64,000 nucleotides of DNA. It comes from Pocillopora damicornis (Eukaryota). A program made the translations under genes and the position numbers. Position 1 is the stretch's first letter. Each line of letters starts with the position of its first letter. Of the stretch, positions 37,301-48,940 are shown in pieces. The notes below the pieces were generated by a model that saw nothing but the letters and a program-made list of their open reading frames with translations, was not told the origin of the DNA and did no database searches. The stretch covers positions 124,001-188,000 of the forward strand of contig NW_020845543.1 in the NCBI RefSeq assembly GCF_003704095.1. Direction: 5' to 3'.

Positions 37301-40300
37301 TCAGTTTGAAAATTACTTTACAGTTTTGTTTTTGTAATGTGTCCATTTCCGATGTTTGCAAAATTTGAATCATATGCATATCATAAATTGAAGTATTTCA
37401 AGTCACACCATGGTGGACCGTCTGCGGCGTTGCTTTCGCAAAATCAAAACTTTCGCTGGCAGCCATCTTATTGACTGCCGCGGGACCTCACCGTAAGTTG
37501 ACTTCTTGGCTGCGCTGAGGAGTTCATCGGGATCAACACCATGAAGAGGAACTTCGATTCTTCCAGGATCAACCAGTGCTACAGAAAAGTAAAAATGCCC
37601 GAGGAATTAAAAAAGGCTCGTTTGCATCTAAACCTTTTCAGCCACTTTCAAATGCAGTAATTAACTTAGAGATAAATCCATTCCGTGGAAAATATTTAAA
37701 TTATGCTTGAATGTTATCCCTCCATGCAAAGAAAGATGATTTTTTCACGAGCTTAGAACAAACAAAAAAAATCTGAATGCCAAGAGAGGATTCAAAGTTC
37801 AGACCTTCTCGACTTTTTTTCTCGATAGACTAGCTTATTCAAATAGTGAGACCGCGATAATTGAATATTACCGTAAGTCAAACTGTCCATAACGAGGGCA
37901 TTGATGAAATCTTTCAGCATGGGGATATCCATCACTTGTACTGCGCGCATCAATCGAACATCAAAGTCAACATCTGGTCTATGAAAAAAATTGAAACGCT
38001 TTTCAATACAAGTAAACCTTTTAGTGTAAAAACGAATAGCTTCACGTAACCAGTTCATACATTTGAACTTCAATCCATCTTTGTCGTTAAAGAATGACAA
38101 TTTCCAGAAACCATGTCTTTTTTTTATTCAACTTTTGAAGAGCATTTATGAGATAATGGCGGACAATGATCTTATTTTGAGAGTGCAAAGAGTTAACAAT
38201 AGCTACCTTTTGGAAAGCTGTCTTCAAACGTGCAAAGAATTCGACTGTGGAGGCCGCCATTTTGGATCTAGTCACGCAGCCTGGCCGTCTACTTTTGATA
38301 ATTTTATTAGCAATAATCAGGCATCAGGCGATTACCGAATTGTTTTCCACAATGGTGGCTTCCACTGTCGAATTGTTAGCACATCGGAGATAATTTCTTA
38401 GATGTTGGGTACACAAATCGCAAAAAGAAGTACGTTTAGCTTTTAGTGAGGAAGACGAAAATCAAATGGTTTGTCGGCTTGTGCATGTACTTCTCCAATA
38501 TAACGTAATATATTGCTCCTGTCATCAGGAGCAATCTACTCGTTCGGTCTGGCAGATTCTTGTGCAGAAGACAAAGGCAAACAGATGAAGATCAGGAAAT
38601 TAAATGTGCGAGACCGTATAGCAACCATAACACTTGTAAAAAGTTCACATCAAGCAGTTTAGATCAATTGGATACGGCCGTGAAGACTTTTCTTCTTACT
38701 TTTCAAGGAAAGTCACCGAGACAGCTTTCATGTGTGGAAATGGTACAAGGTGATCCATCTCAAACACAATCTGAACACGACCAGACAACGACAAGTCCTC
38801 GATACTGACATCAACATCTGCACCAACCCTGGGACAAAAAAAAAAACATATATAGGGAAAAAATTTTATTGGAATGGAATTCATCTGGGAAATTCTTTAC
38901 CACTGTCATTTGCTGGGGTCTTAAATTGGTTAATAAGCGCATAACAATGTTTGCAAGGTCTATTTACTGTTGTTGACTGTAGAGCCATCATTTCAATGAA
39001 TGGACTTCTATCGTTTCAAATGTAGCCTACATCACTTGGGCGAATGTCCCAGATTATTTTCTGGTACTGCTGTAGGAGTAGGAATATTCAAGATACGGAC
39101 CCTCGTCCTCTCGTTATTTCGACCATAAAACAGCGTATCTTTAACTAAATGCAATTTCTCCTACGACTCAGTATTACTTGGCTCACACATTTCAGCTTGG
39201 GACCCACCATCCTATAGGCTGTGATATTCTGATAAGTTTTTCTTTCTGAACAAAGTCTGTGTTGTCAGTTTAGGATCCCTGAAGACGATTACCGCGAAGG
39301 TTCCCCCCTCGACCCCAACAAAAAATAAAAATTCCAATCTGACTAGGGGACAGCGGATGAAGATTTTTTGTGATTAGCTAGAGTCCATTTTGATTTCATT
39401 CTGGCGGGTTATACTCACATTTTTCCACCCAATCTCACTTTTATAGCGATTTTTGTGTCAGGTGCGTGTAAGCACAGATCCATAACAAGAACTAATAGAT
39501 GTCTCTGCCTTGTTGCCAGGTCTTTCGGTGGGTTGAACGCTGTTGATTCTGAGGCAGGGATATCCGGAGAGTCGTTCTCGTCAATATTCTCAAACACTTT
39601 TACATATTTCAGACACGGCGTCTTCTTTCCAAAACTGAACTCTGTTAGTTCCATAGTCTCTGAAATGAGAAGGAACATTAAAATTGAACAAGGATGAAAA
39701 AAGTCAAGACACAGTTGTTGCAGGAAAACATTTACTCGAATAAGTCCTCTCCGTTCGTGCTTGAAACCACAGGACTCTGGAAATTCTAATGGTGAAATAA
39801 GCGAATTCTCAACTGCTAAAACAAGGATCAGGGAAACCTCACCCCATACAATAACAACGCAGACTATCATCTGCAATGCCAAGAAAGGTATATTTAGATT
39901 TCAAAACTCTCCTGAATGAAACCCACCACTTTCCCCCAAATCTGTTAAATACTTTGCTTCTACGCAGATTCTACTCGATCGTTCAATCTCATATAGCGCG
40001 TAGAATCATTTCCTTTCGTTGGATCTCGCCTCTACTCAAGTCCGATCACATACTTTACCATTCTGAGATAATTAAATAGAAAAAAAATGACCCTTGTTAC
40101 CTTTTTGCCCACTGAAAACTATACTTAGGATATTTGCCGAAGCCTTGTAACTACGAGATATTGGCCTATGTGTAACTTCTATCACCCTCATCGAATTGAA
40201 ATTAAGTCAAAACTTGTTGATAGATACCTGATTGTACTTGTGCCTCACCTATAAACGATGGTTTGCTATACTCCAAAACAGGATTCAAACTGGAGCGTAC

Positions 40301-41759
40301 AAGGTTGCAAAGGGAGACTTCACTAAAATTCCACCTTGAAACAACACGAGAACATTTAATCTGGATAAGTGCTTCATATGCATGATCTAAGATGACCTAT
40401 TTGCGAACAAAGCTTTAAATTCACTGTTCGGAACTTTTTACAAGAATCTTCAGGCAATCAGTATGTGAAAGATTTCTTTCTTTAATTGAGATATTACATT
40501 CAGTTCTTTTCTAATTTGTTCTTATTGGCTAAAAACGTCTGCAACTGTTTTCTTTAAGTCCGACTCTCTTTTAACCTTCTGTTGATTTTTTACCAACTTC
40601 CGCCAGTCTCTCAAGAATAATAGTGTGTAGAGTGTGGTGGCAAACCTTTTCAACAATTGTTTACCCACGAGAAGGTCGCATCAGCTTGTTGAATCAGTCT
40701 CTATTTTTTTTTCCAGTGATTCGCATTCAATGTTTAAAAATTACTTAAGATTTTGTAGATAAAAACTATCAATCGGAATATTATGCTTGAGCATTGTAAC
40801 TTCATTATTTTCATTATTGACTAATGAAATTCCATCGTGAGTAAGAACCTGTTTACATCAGCCTAACTTGGCAAAAAGTCATTTGGTTTATTAATAATGC
40901 AGATGTATTACCTTTCGAATATTCTGCGTTGCGTATTTGAAAGCTTTAGTGTTGAAACGCAAAAACGCTTTAACTATATCTAACCTTGTACAAAAAGATA
41001 TTAACTTTTGATTTTATCATTGTGCAGTGGAATAAAAACAAAAAATAATTCTGAAGTTTGGGTGGTTTAGTAGCAAATGGCCAATTCTTTGTTCTAAAAA
41101 AAGCTATGTAAGCAAAACAATCGAGTTTTACTTTTGTAAGCATTGAATTTGCTTTGCTAGGATATGCGAGTGGTTTAAAGAGTAGATAAATAATTTACTT
41201 TTGAAAGTTGCCGGTTAACGGTTTTCCGGAAATCGAGCGATTTCTCTTTGAAAGATATCTGTTTGACCCACCCAAATAACAAAGCGGCCTCCAAAATGCT
41301 GCGACGTAAACATTGTCATGCGGTAGCTGATTTAAATCCCTTCTCTATTATTTTTGTCTGCAAACCTCAGTCTTTAAACTTCGGAAAACTTAATTAGCAA
41401 ACGTAATATCATACCATATCATCAGCTACAAAAACCTGCTAACAATCGTTTCATAGTTACCATCGGTTCAAAACAAAGTTTAGCCATTCGGCTGTCTCCT
41501 CGTCCCGTAAGGCCTTTCTTCGGTGTACTTTTATTTCTGCTTCTCTGACACGATCGTCTATAATGCGGCAATTTTTGCGATACCATACTGTAAATATCAA
41601 TGGTATTATAAACCCTGCCCATACGAAGGAAAATCCATAAGCTCCCAGGAACCATGTAATTGCAACAACGGCACAGACGAACAGCGACAAACGCAATTGC
41701 GTTTCATCTCTTTCTTTCTTAGCCTGCGCTTCCAAAGCTTCCGGGCTGTTTTGCGACAT
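22322..41759 (-). CDS. Extended-synaptotagmin/tricalbin-like protein A: N-terminal hydrophobic hairpin, SMP domain, four C2 domains, basic tail (~989 aa)
   Basis: 27 GT-AG exons: 41759-41461, 40334-40249, 39659-39419, 38828-38700, 37978-37872, 37578-37492, 37164-37111, 36533-36409, 36027-35924, 35582-35434, 31344-31238, 31150-31067, 30711-30619, 30413-30272, 29858-29803, 29577-29502, 29054-28852, 28587-28504, 28265-28179, 28064-27963, 27806-27752, 27674-27600, 27202-27166, 26732-26624, 26074-25963, 23904-23866, 22449-22322. Sum 2970 nt with all phases compatible. SMP hallmarks [54 protein letters not shown]; C2 hallmarks [25 protein letters not shown] and [27 protein letters not shown]; tail [16 protein letters not shown]. 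The small 3' exons are less certain. Confidence 0.85.
23568..23617. other. Assembly gap (50 N)
   Basis: Run of N after a G-rich tract. Confidence 1.
25097..25314. mobile_element. MITE with CAGGGCCCAGTTGTTCAAAG termini
   Basis: CAGGGCCCAGTTGTTCAAAG (25097) ... CTTTGAACAACCAGGCCCTG (25314); internal TAACCC(T/G)GGGTTA palindromes near both ends. Confidence 0.8.
25605..25815 (-). mobile_element. piggyBac-like TTAA MITE, full-length inverted copy
   Basis: TTAATCCTTTACACCCTAACATCAG...CTCTTAGGGGTTAAAGGGCTAA is the reverse complement of the 9334-9523 family. Confidence 0.8.
30808..31015 (+). mobile_element. Degenerate tRNA-derived SINE-like relic
   Basis: Decayed tRNA-like head, then GGACACTCCCTCTCCCAGCGTCTCTCTCTGCTCAGGAGTA..GGGCACCAGC..GCATCCCAT..GGTGGAATGAAAATAC, resembling a common anthozoan SINE body. 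Recognised from memory, not by search. Confidence 0.4.
31590..35154 (-). mobile_element. Decayed BEL/Pao LTR retrotransposon with internal deletion, in intron 10 of SMP-C2 gene A
   Basis: Order RT-RNaseH-IN on the minus strand: [62 protein letters not shown] (YxDD-like), [86 protein letters not shown]. Many stops and frameshifts. LTR-like direct repeat at 31887-31975 vs 35049-35147; PPT-like CGGGGCCGG followed by TGTAAG at 32000. Left boundary approximate. Confidence 0.92.
35368..35429. other. Assembly gap (62 N)
   Basis: Run of N just inside intron 10 of gene A. Confidence 1.
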
Positions 41760-44700
41760 GTTCTTATCGATTCGTTAACTGATCAAAAACGGAAAAAACT
41801 GAACGTGTTCCTGCATAGTGGAGTGGCTGTTTTGAGGATTTGCTTTCAACATCGAGCCTAGTGTTTCCGATGAATTATTTACGAGGTACCTGCTAGTTTT
41901 GGAGCGTTTTTATGCGAAATAACAGAATGGCAAGTCAAATAACAGAAATTTGGCTTCGAGTACCGCAAAACAGTCTATTGCGGCTAACTCATTTTTGTTA
42001 AGGTAAACTATCTAAAATTATCAATACTAAATGTTCACAGTTATTTACATCGTTTTAACTGAGGCTAAAAACATATCTTGTGCTGAAAGCCTTACAAATT
42101 TGTATGTTAAAGAAGGTATTTGTTAAACCCGTCTTTGACATCAGTATTTTCCTTAGTATGTCAAGTTGAAGAGCTAATGACCGCGGTTTCCGTAGGAGCG
42201 CAAATTTCTTGGAAAAGAAGTATTTTTCTGGATCTATTCAGTAATGTCAAAATTTACACAATTAAATGATATCGTTTGCCATATTTGGGCGGATGTCATA
42301 GTTACAAGATTGTATTACTGAAAGTAACTCTTGTAATCCTACACTCAAAATCAAACCATATTTGTCAGAAAGGTTCAGCAATCTTGGGAGCAAGATCTGC
42401 AAATATTAAGCTAACTATAGCAGTCGGAAAATCGACTTCTTTCGATTTTAAATAGTCAACAAATAGTAAAAATTTCTGAATGTATTTTGTTTCTGTTTCA
42501 GACCTCACTGAGACGAGAGAGTGAGAAAGTTAAGTTTGAACCTTTACAGGCCAAAATGACCTAACTTACATGTAAAATCTGATACTCCCTGAAGTGGCCT
42601 CCATGTTCGCAAACGAAAGCTTACAGAAAAATTTGGTACATTCGGTCCACAGGCAAACCTGCTCCCTCTCACCAGGAAATAGTTTTAAGTTGGCTGCGCA
42701 TTTTATCTGGTTTAAGATAAATCTGGGGAAAATGACAATTTTTGGGCGACTTAGGGGTCTTTGAAACTCAGAAAGATGTGGGTTGCACCACGTGAATAGT
42801 GAAAAGAATTAACGAAGCTCCTTCGTTAGCCACGTGAAGTACAGTCTCGCGTGTTTACGTTAATTCCCGCAGCCTAGAAATTGAAAACCTACCGACTCAT
42901 TAAGGCTGTTCTTACCTATTTGCCGGAATACGTATTGATTTTGCTAAGATAACTTGGATCTTAAGCCGCATCTACGCATTGTGCAGACGAGGAAAACCTT
43001 TCAATTTTAAGTGGCAGATATATTTGCCGAGAAGCTTACGGGTTTGCTTCTTCAATGCCGAGAAACAAATAAACTTTCACACGGTACAGAGCAAATGAAC
43101 ATGCCAAAAAAAGATGACGCACATGTAAAAATATATTACAATGCATACTCAAACAGGAATTTATAAAGCTGAGGGAAAAAAAAAACACTTCCAAAATATT
43201 TCATCTAAACTTTTCACTCCTAAATCGAGCGCGCTATGAACTAGGCAAAAACTCTAGACTACTAAATGTAAATCTCTCTTTTCCCTTCTTTAAGCTGTTC
43301 TGTTTGGAAACGAAATTATTTTGCCAAAATTGTATACCTTTACAGCAAATTCAGCTCTTATTTAAACACAGTTAAGTACAGTCTGTACGTTATGTATTTA
43401 TATATGCAGTAACTTTTGCATATGCTTCTGAGTGCAAATATTTTTAATGGAAAGATAAAAAAAGAGCTCAGCGCCTTTTCTATGCTAATAGCTTGTTGTG
43501 TTTCGGTAATTTTTGTAAAAAAGTGATAGACAGTGACTATTCGCCTGTTAATGTACAGATTAAAAAATATTATTCCTCGTGAATGTGCTAACCAAGAACC
43601 GAAATCAGGTTTCAGTTGTCAAGTTATATATTTCAGTATGTTCCTCGAAACTTCGATCTCTCGGCTGGTGCCGGAAAGCATTCATTCCTTTGGGATTAGT
43701 TTTGTTGTATTTTGTCTCCTTGTTTTGTCTTTTGTTTTGCTTGTTTTACGTCATCTGCGCTCCGGTACCTGGAGAGAGATGCCTAAACTCACTCAATCTA
43801 AGATACGTGCGTAGGTTACAACTTTCTGTAAAACACATTCGCTCCAGCCCTTGTCTAAGGAGATTTTCTGTATTATTTTCAGTTGAACGAAAGTTTTAAA
43901 CTTTGGTTAGCGATATACAGTAACAAAACATCGCAGACCATGACTTTTCTACCCCTTTATTGCCATTCCTTATCAAGCAATATGATCAAATTTTTACACC
44001 TCGCTAAAAGCAGCATGGTGACTAGCTGCCACAGGGGCGTTTTGGCTAATAGTTATTGGTGCATTACGATCCTCGTTATCATTCTGGCTGCTTTATTGTT
44101 CCCCCATTGGTTCAATAAGTATATCCTACTAGACGTTTTAGTGGAAGTATCAATGAGTATTTTTACGAGTTGCGCCACACACTACTACGCACTACACGAC
44201 AGAACATCTAACAAGCTATTTATTGTTCAACTGCTTTATTTTATGTCCATTTCTTATGCGAAGCAGATAGAGAAGCGTGGCACATACAGCGAACCGATCG
44301 AACAGGTTTTCTTTACAGAACAAAATAACCAACTGTCCTATATCGCGTGATAGTTACATCCAATTCGTGCGTTATAAGTACTCTTGTGTGGGTAGGAGGA
44401 AAGCAGTATGGTTACAAAAGACTTTCACGGCCGGGTCACAAAAAATTACGGTGAAAGCAAGTGCTTTGAGTTAATCCCTATAAAACCATATATCAGTTTT
44501 AAAGCTTATAAAGTACAAAATTCGATAATTTAATCATTTCTTACTTTTCTGAAATGTGGAGATAATAATTTTGCAGAAAGGAAAAAACTACCCATGCGTC
44601 TTCAATCGCTTTATGCGCGCCTAAGTTTTTTTGTTTCGGTCGAAAGTCTTTGTGTAGTCAATCAGCAGATACTGCGCTGAGAAACTGTGTGGCCGATTAT

Positions 44701-45620
44701 TGACTGACGTCTTTTTTCAAAGCTTTTCAATTTCGAGTATGTAATTTTTATTGCTGACCTTTGCACTCCTCATCACATCTCAATTTACAATCGAAATTCG
44801 GCACAAAATTTTTGTCTTTATTCATTGTTCTTATTCTGTGCCAATTTTCAAGAGAATCGCTTTGGTTTTGTACGTGAGGCCAGAATTCGAAAACGTTTGG
44901 CCCATTAAAATTGGTTCGAACATCAAAGCAGAGAAAAGCGCTTCCAAAGTTTCCTTAGACGATTTTCTCACTTAGATACAAAATTGATTTTGTCCTAAAT
45001 TCTCGCCAGAAATAATTCTTTTTCTACTAAAGTGGTGAATGTCGACAGATTACTCTTAATCACTTAAGGCTATGCAAAAAAAAAAATCAATTTTAAAAAA
45101 ATTTCGTCCCTGAAAGTATCTTGTATCCTTTTTTACATCATCAGGGTTCACAAAGAAAGGCAAGGAAAGGCAAAAAAAGGAAACGAACTGGAAACTATTC
45201 TAAAGAAATTAACCACTAACAGTTGATGCGGCTTTACAAAACATGATGACAATTCACCGTTACATGCACTAATTACTACTGCTCTCTAAGTATTCATCTC
45301 GAGAAGAAGTTACGGGATGATACATAATAGCTTTCTCAACCTAACGTTAAAGAAGAGCAAAAACGAAAATAAGTGTTAGAGAGATTCACATGACAATTTC
45401 CACACTCACCTTTAGAAATTTTTCTTCGCTTAGAAAACGTAAATGGTAACGAAGAGCTCTTTTGTGCGTCCTGTTTCTTAATTGTGTTGACTGTGGTTGA
45501 CTACTTTCATTATGTGGAACTTTCGTTAATTAAATACTGCAAAACATTGTGAACTTCTTAACAAAAATATCTTCGTCCTTCCTAGTAGTTCCGGTCCTCC
45601 ACGTAGGACAGGTGCAGTGC

Positions 45621-45634
45621 GCGTCACGTGACGC
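45621..45634. promoter_or_regulatory. Perfect 14-bp palindrome GCGTCACGTGACGC (extended E-box GTCACGTGAC)
   Basis: Located ~140 nt upstream of the light-chain ATG in a CpG-rich patch; CACGTG core flanked by TGACG half-sites on both strands. Confidence 0.55.
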
Positions 45635-45774
45635 TAATAAACCATCATGCCACGCGTCTCGTGTCAGCAAGTGCATTGAATAATAATAATCTGTTCCTGT
45701 TGTCGTTGGTGTTACATTACCTTGAGCAATTTTCCAACACCAATACGGTAGAGGAAAAATTACAGAGAATTAAA

Positions 45775-46227
45775 ATGGCAAGTACTCTGACAGAACGAGA
45801 AATTGACGAGTCTCGTGATGCTTTTAATCTGTTCGATACTGTTGGAGATGGAAAAATCGAGTCGTCGGCCATTGGATTAGCTTTGAGATCTGTTAACCTA
45901 AATCCTACCCAAGCTGAAGTCGACAAGGTGTTGAGAGAAATTGATCCAAGTGGTAAGAAGCGGATTTCTTTCGAAGAATTTTTACCTATCATGCAATCGT
46001 TTCGCTCACGGACGCACAAAGTTGGTTATGATGCTTTTGTCGACAGTTTGAAAGTGTTCGACACGGATAATAATGGCTGGATCTCTTCTGGCGAACTTCG
46101 TCATGTACTAACCGGCTTAGGGGAGAGGCTAAGCGATGAAGACGTGGATATGTTACTTCAGGGCTTTGAAGACAACCAGGGACTTATTAATTACGAGGAT
46201 TTTGTCAAGAACGTTATGAACGGCTAG
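45775..46227 (+). CDS. Myosin essential (alkali) light chain, MYL6-like, 150 aa, intronless
   Basis: MASTLTEREIDESRDAFNLFDTVGDGKI..ALRSVNLNPTQAEV..KRISFEEFLPIM..YDAFVDSLKVFDTDNNGWISSGELRHVLTGLGERLSDEDVDMLLQG..INYEDFVKNVMNG*. NPT, FEEFLP and ELRHVLxxLGE are diagnostic of essential light chains. AAAATGG start context; AATAAA at 46767. Confidence 0.93.
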   Translation: MASTLTEREIDESRDAFNLFDTVGDGKIESSAIGLALRSVNLNPTQAEVDKVLREIDPSGKKRISFEEFLPIMQSFRSRTHKVGYDAFVDSLKVFDTDNNGWISSGELRHVLTGLGERLSDEDVDMLLQGFEDNQGLINYEDFVKNVMNG

Positions 46228-48149
46228 AAACAGAATTGTTAGAAATTGCCATTATAGACCGCGCATCGACCTGATGCAACACCACGTTTCAGTACTACTT
46301 TGTTTTTCTTCGTTCTAGATCATTAATGATTAGTTTTTGGAGGAGTTTGTTATGATAGAAAAACTGAGAGAACTGCAAAGGTTTTTTCGGCTGTGGTTGG
46401 ACTTTTCAATTTTTCCTTTAGTGGCACAATGGTACATCCTGTTTCGACGTAGCTTATCAGCGAGTGTCAAGTACGTATTCATATGAATTGTAGTCTACGA
46501 GCGAATGACAATACCAACGAAAGTTTCATCTGTTAGTGAAAATGTGCACTGCAAAAGTTGTCTTTCAAATAAGGAACAAAAAACATTCCAAGTTGTAGAA
46601 GAAATTAGATATTTAAGCTGTTTAGATCGCTCAGGTTTTTCTCTATTGTGCTGAAATGCGTGGCAGAATATTCCTTCTTGCTTTGTTCACGCTTCAGCGA
46701 ATATCATTCAGTCGATTTTTGAACCAAGCATGATTTACATTTTTCTCAGTTATGGGCAACAATGAAAATAAAATCTCTGTTGACAAATGCCACTGAGTGT
46801 GTACTTGCAGAAGTATGATTTTCCAAGGTTGACTTCAGTAATCGCTTTCCAGTTTCAAGGTTTGAATGCAAATGAGATTTAATGAAATTCAATTTCTCCC
46901 GGGAAAGCATTTGTTAAAAGCAGCATTGTTTTGACAGTTTATCTTACCTGTGTGTACAAATTTGCATAAACAAGTTATTCCCAAAGTATGTTTTTAAATA
47001 AGTCTTTTTATTTGGGATGAAATGCGGAAAGTATTCAGTTCAAAGACGTCGCTGCTGATCGAACGTTCTGGGGTGAAATTAATGATAATAAAGATGGTAA
47101 CAATGATAATATCTTTCGGGAGTACATCAGGAAAACTCCTTGGGCAGCAAGATCTACTTATTACGACTTACAAAGATGGGGAAAAAATGACAATTTCATA
47201 CGTACAGTCAATTGTTTTGTTGTTGTGAAAACTGATATCAACAACCACAAAAAACCAAACAGAAAATGAAACAAAAGGACAAAACAAGAAAAAAAGAAAG
47301 GAAAAAAATAAAAATAAGCAGCATTCAGGGAAAAGGGCCGCAGACATTGCTGAGTGGTGGGCATGCTTGCTTTTCCTTTGGCGCACCTACCAGTCGTTTC
47401 GCACCCACGGTCGTTTCGCACTCGGTCGATTTGTATCTAGATAGGACCATTCGTACCAAGTCAGTTTAGTGGTTTCGTACCTATACTAATAGGGTATGTT
47501 TCCTATGTCTAAAGCAATCGTTTCGTACCTGGGTTTTGATCGTTACTTGGTTTTGGTACGTGTACAAATCGCATCAAACTAGGCACGAACGTCTGAATTT
47601 TGGTAGTGGATACCTGTGGCGCGGGTGCGTTTCTAAGTTCTTGTTTACTTTTCTTCCTTTTTCTGTGTGTCTTCTACATAGAAGCAAAACTCCTAATTTG
47701 CATTTAACGTTAAAAAAGTCATGTAGAAACCATTATCATAGATAATCTCTATAAACCCGATTCACTGTGACACAAGCGTTCGGAAGCAGGCACTGGTTTC
47801 ATATTCGGAGTTGATCGTCTTCAGGTACGTCGCCGTCGTAGCTCTAACGCACAATGATGATGTGCAGAACAGATTCGACGAACGTTTTCGGGAGAAGAAC
47901 AAAAGTGCACGCGACAATCTTGAGAGGTAATTTGGGCGTCCGTTAATCAATAAATTTTCAAACAAGTAAAATGAATACATACATTCCTCGAACCCGCGAT
48001 GACCCGTCTTTACAATGATGTTTTCTAAGGCTTCCTTGAAGTCCTAAGACCTGAAAACTACCCTCAATGACTTTCGGTGTTGTCGCGTGCACTTTTACGC
48101 TTTTGTACCACAACCTTTCTCCTTTCTTGGGAATTCAATTGAAGGAAAA

Positions 48150-48940
48150 TGTTATTCGGCGAATGAAACTCGGAAAGAAAAAAACTCCGAGTGCTAATAA
48201 GATTCGAGCTTACGATCTTTCAATTACTACTTCAGATGCTCTTCGACTGAGCTATAGGAGACTCGTGGCAAGTTAGGCCGTTTAACTTTAGGTCCATGAT
48301 AACAAACTTTCTGCATACTTAGAGCACAGGAATGTCGATATGTGATGCTTATGTGCAATGCTGATATATATGAAGATGGTTAATTTTAAGTATGATCATT
48401 TAAGTGAAAGAAGATGCTATTCACTGAATAACACCGATATTCTCGAAGAAAAATAGGGTAATGTCCGCGTGCTTCCAATGAGATTCGAACCTACGTGTCG
48501 ATATACTTGATGCTTATGCGCAATGATGCGAGGGTAGAAGTGTCGATACTTGATGCTAATGAGCAGTGTTGATGTCAATCAATTTGACAAATTTGAAGTC
48601 TGGTGATTTAAGTAAAGGAAGATGTTATTCAATGAATGCCACAGGCATACTCCGAGAAAATAAGGTCTCCTTCTGCTCAATAGGAGTCGAACCTACGACG
48701 TTTCGAATGGTAATTCAGACGCTCTACCACTGACTTATAAGAGACTCGTGGTAAGCCAGGCCGTTTAATTAGGTCCATAGAGATTAATATTGCGAGGGTA
48801 GAAGTGTCGATACTTGATGCTTGTGCGCAATGATGATGTAAATCAATTTGATGAATTTTAAGCCTGGTAATTTAAGTGAAGGAAGATGTTATTCATTGAA
48901 TGACACAGGCATGCTCGGAGATAAAAGGGTAATATTTCCG
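48150..48940 (-). repeat. Tandem array (~3 units, 200-280 bp) of tRNA-derived repeats
   Basis: Minus strand at 48740-48680 reads TATAAGTCAGTGGTAGAGCGTCTGAA...CGTAGGTTCGACTCCTA (A- and B-box-like). Homologous heads at ~48190-48260 and ~48465-48495; the block TGTCGATACTTGATGCT..TTTAAGT(G/A)AAGGAAGATG(T/C)TATTCA is repeated. Confidence 0.7.

Noticed and set aside
43533-44474. Overlapping 65-155 aa ORFs between gene A and the light chain
   Set aside because: Non-ATG starts, no recognisable motifs and no convincing splice structure.
45628-45774. 49-aa N-terminal extension of the light-chain ORF in the ORF track
   Set aside because: It starts at a GTG inside the promoter palindrome; homology and start context begin at ATG 45775.
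48680-48745. Functional tRNA gene
   Set aside because: A/B-box-like motifs are present, but I cannot form a convincing acceptor or anticodon stem and the sequence is part of a tandem repeat.
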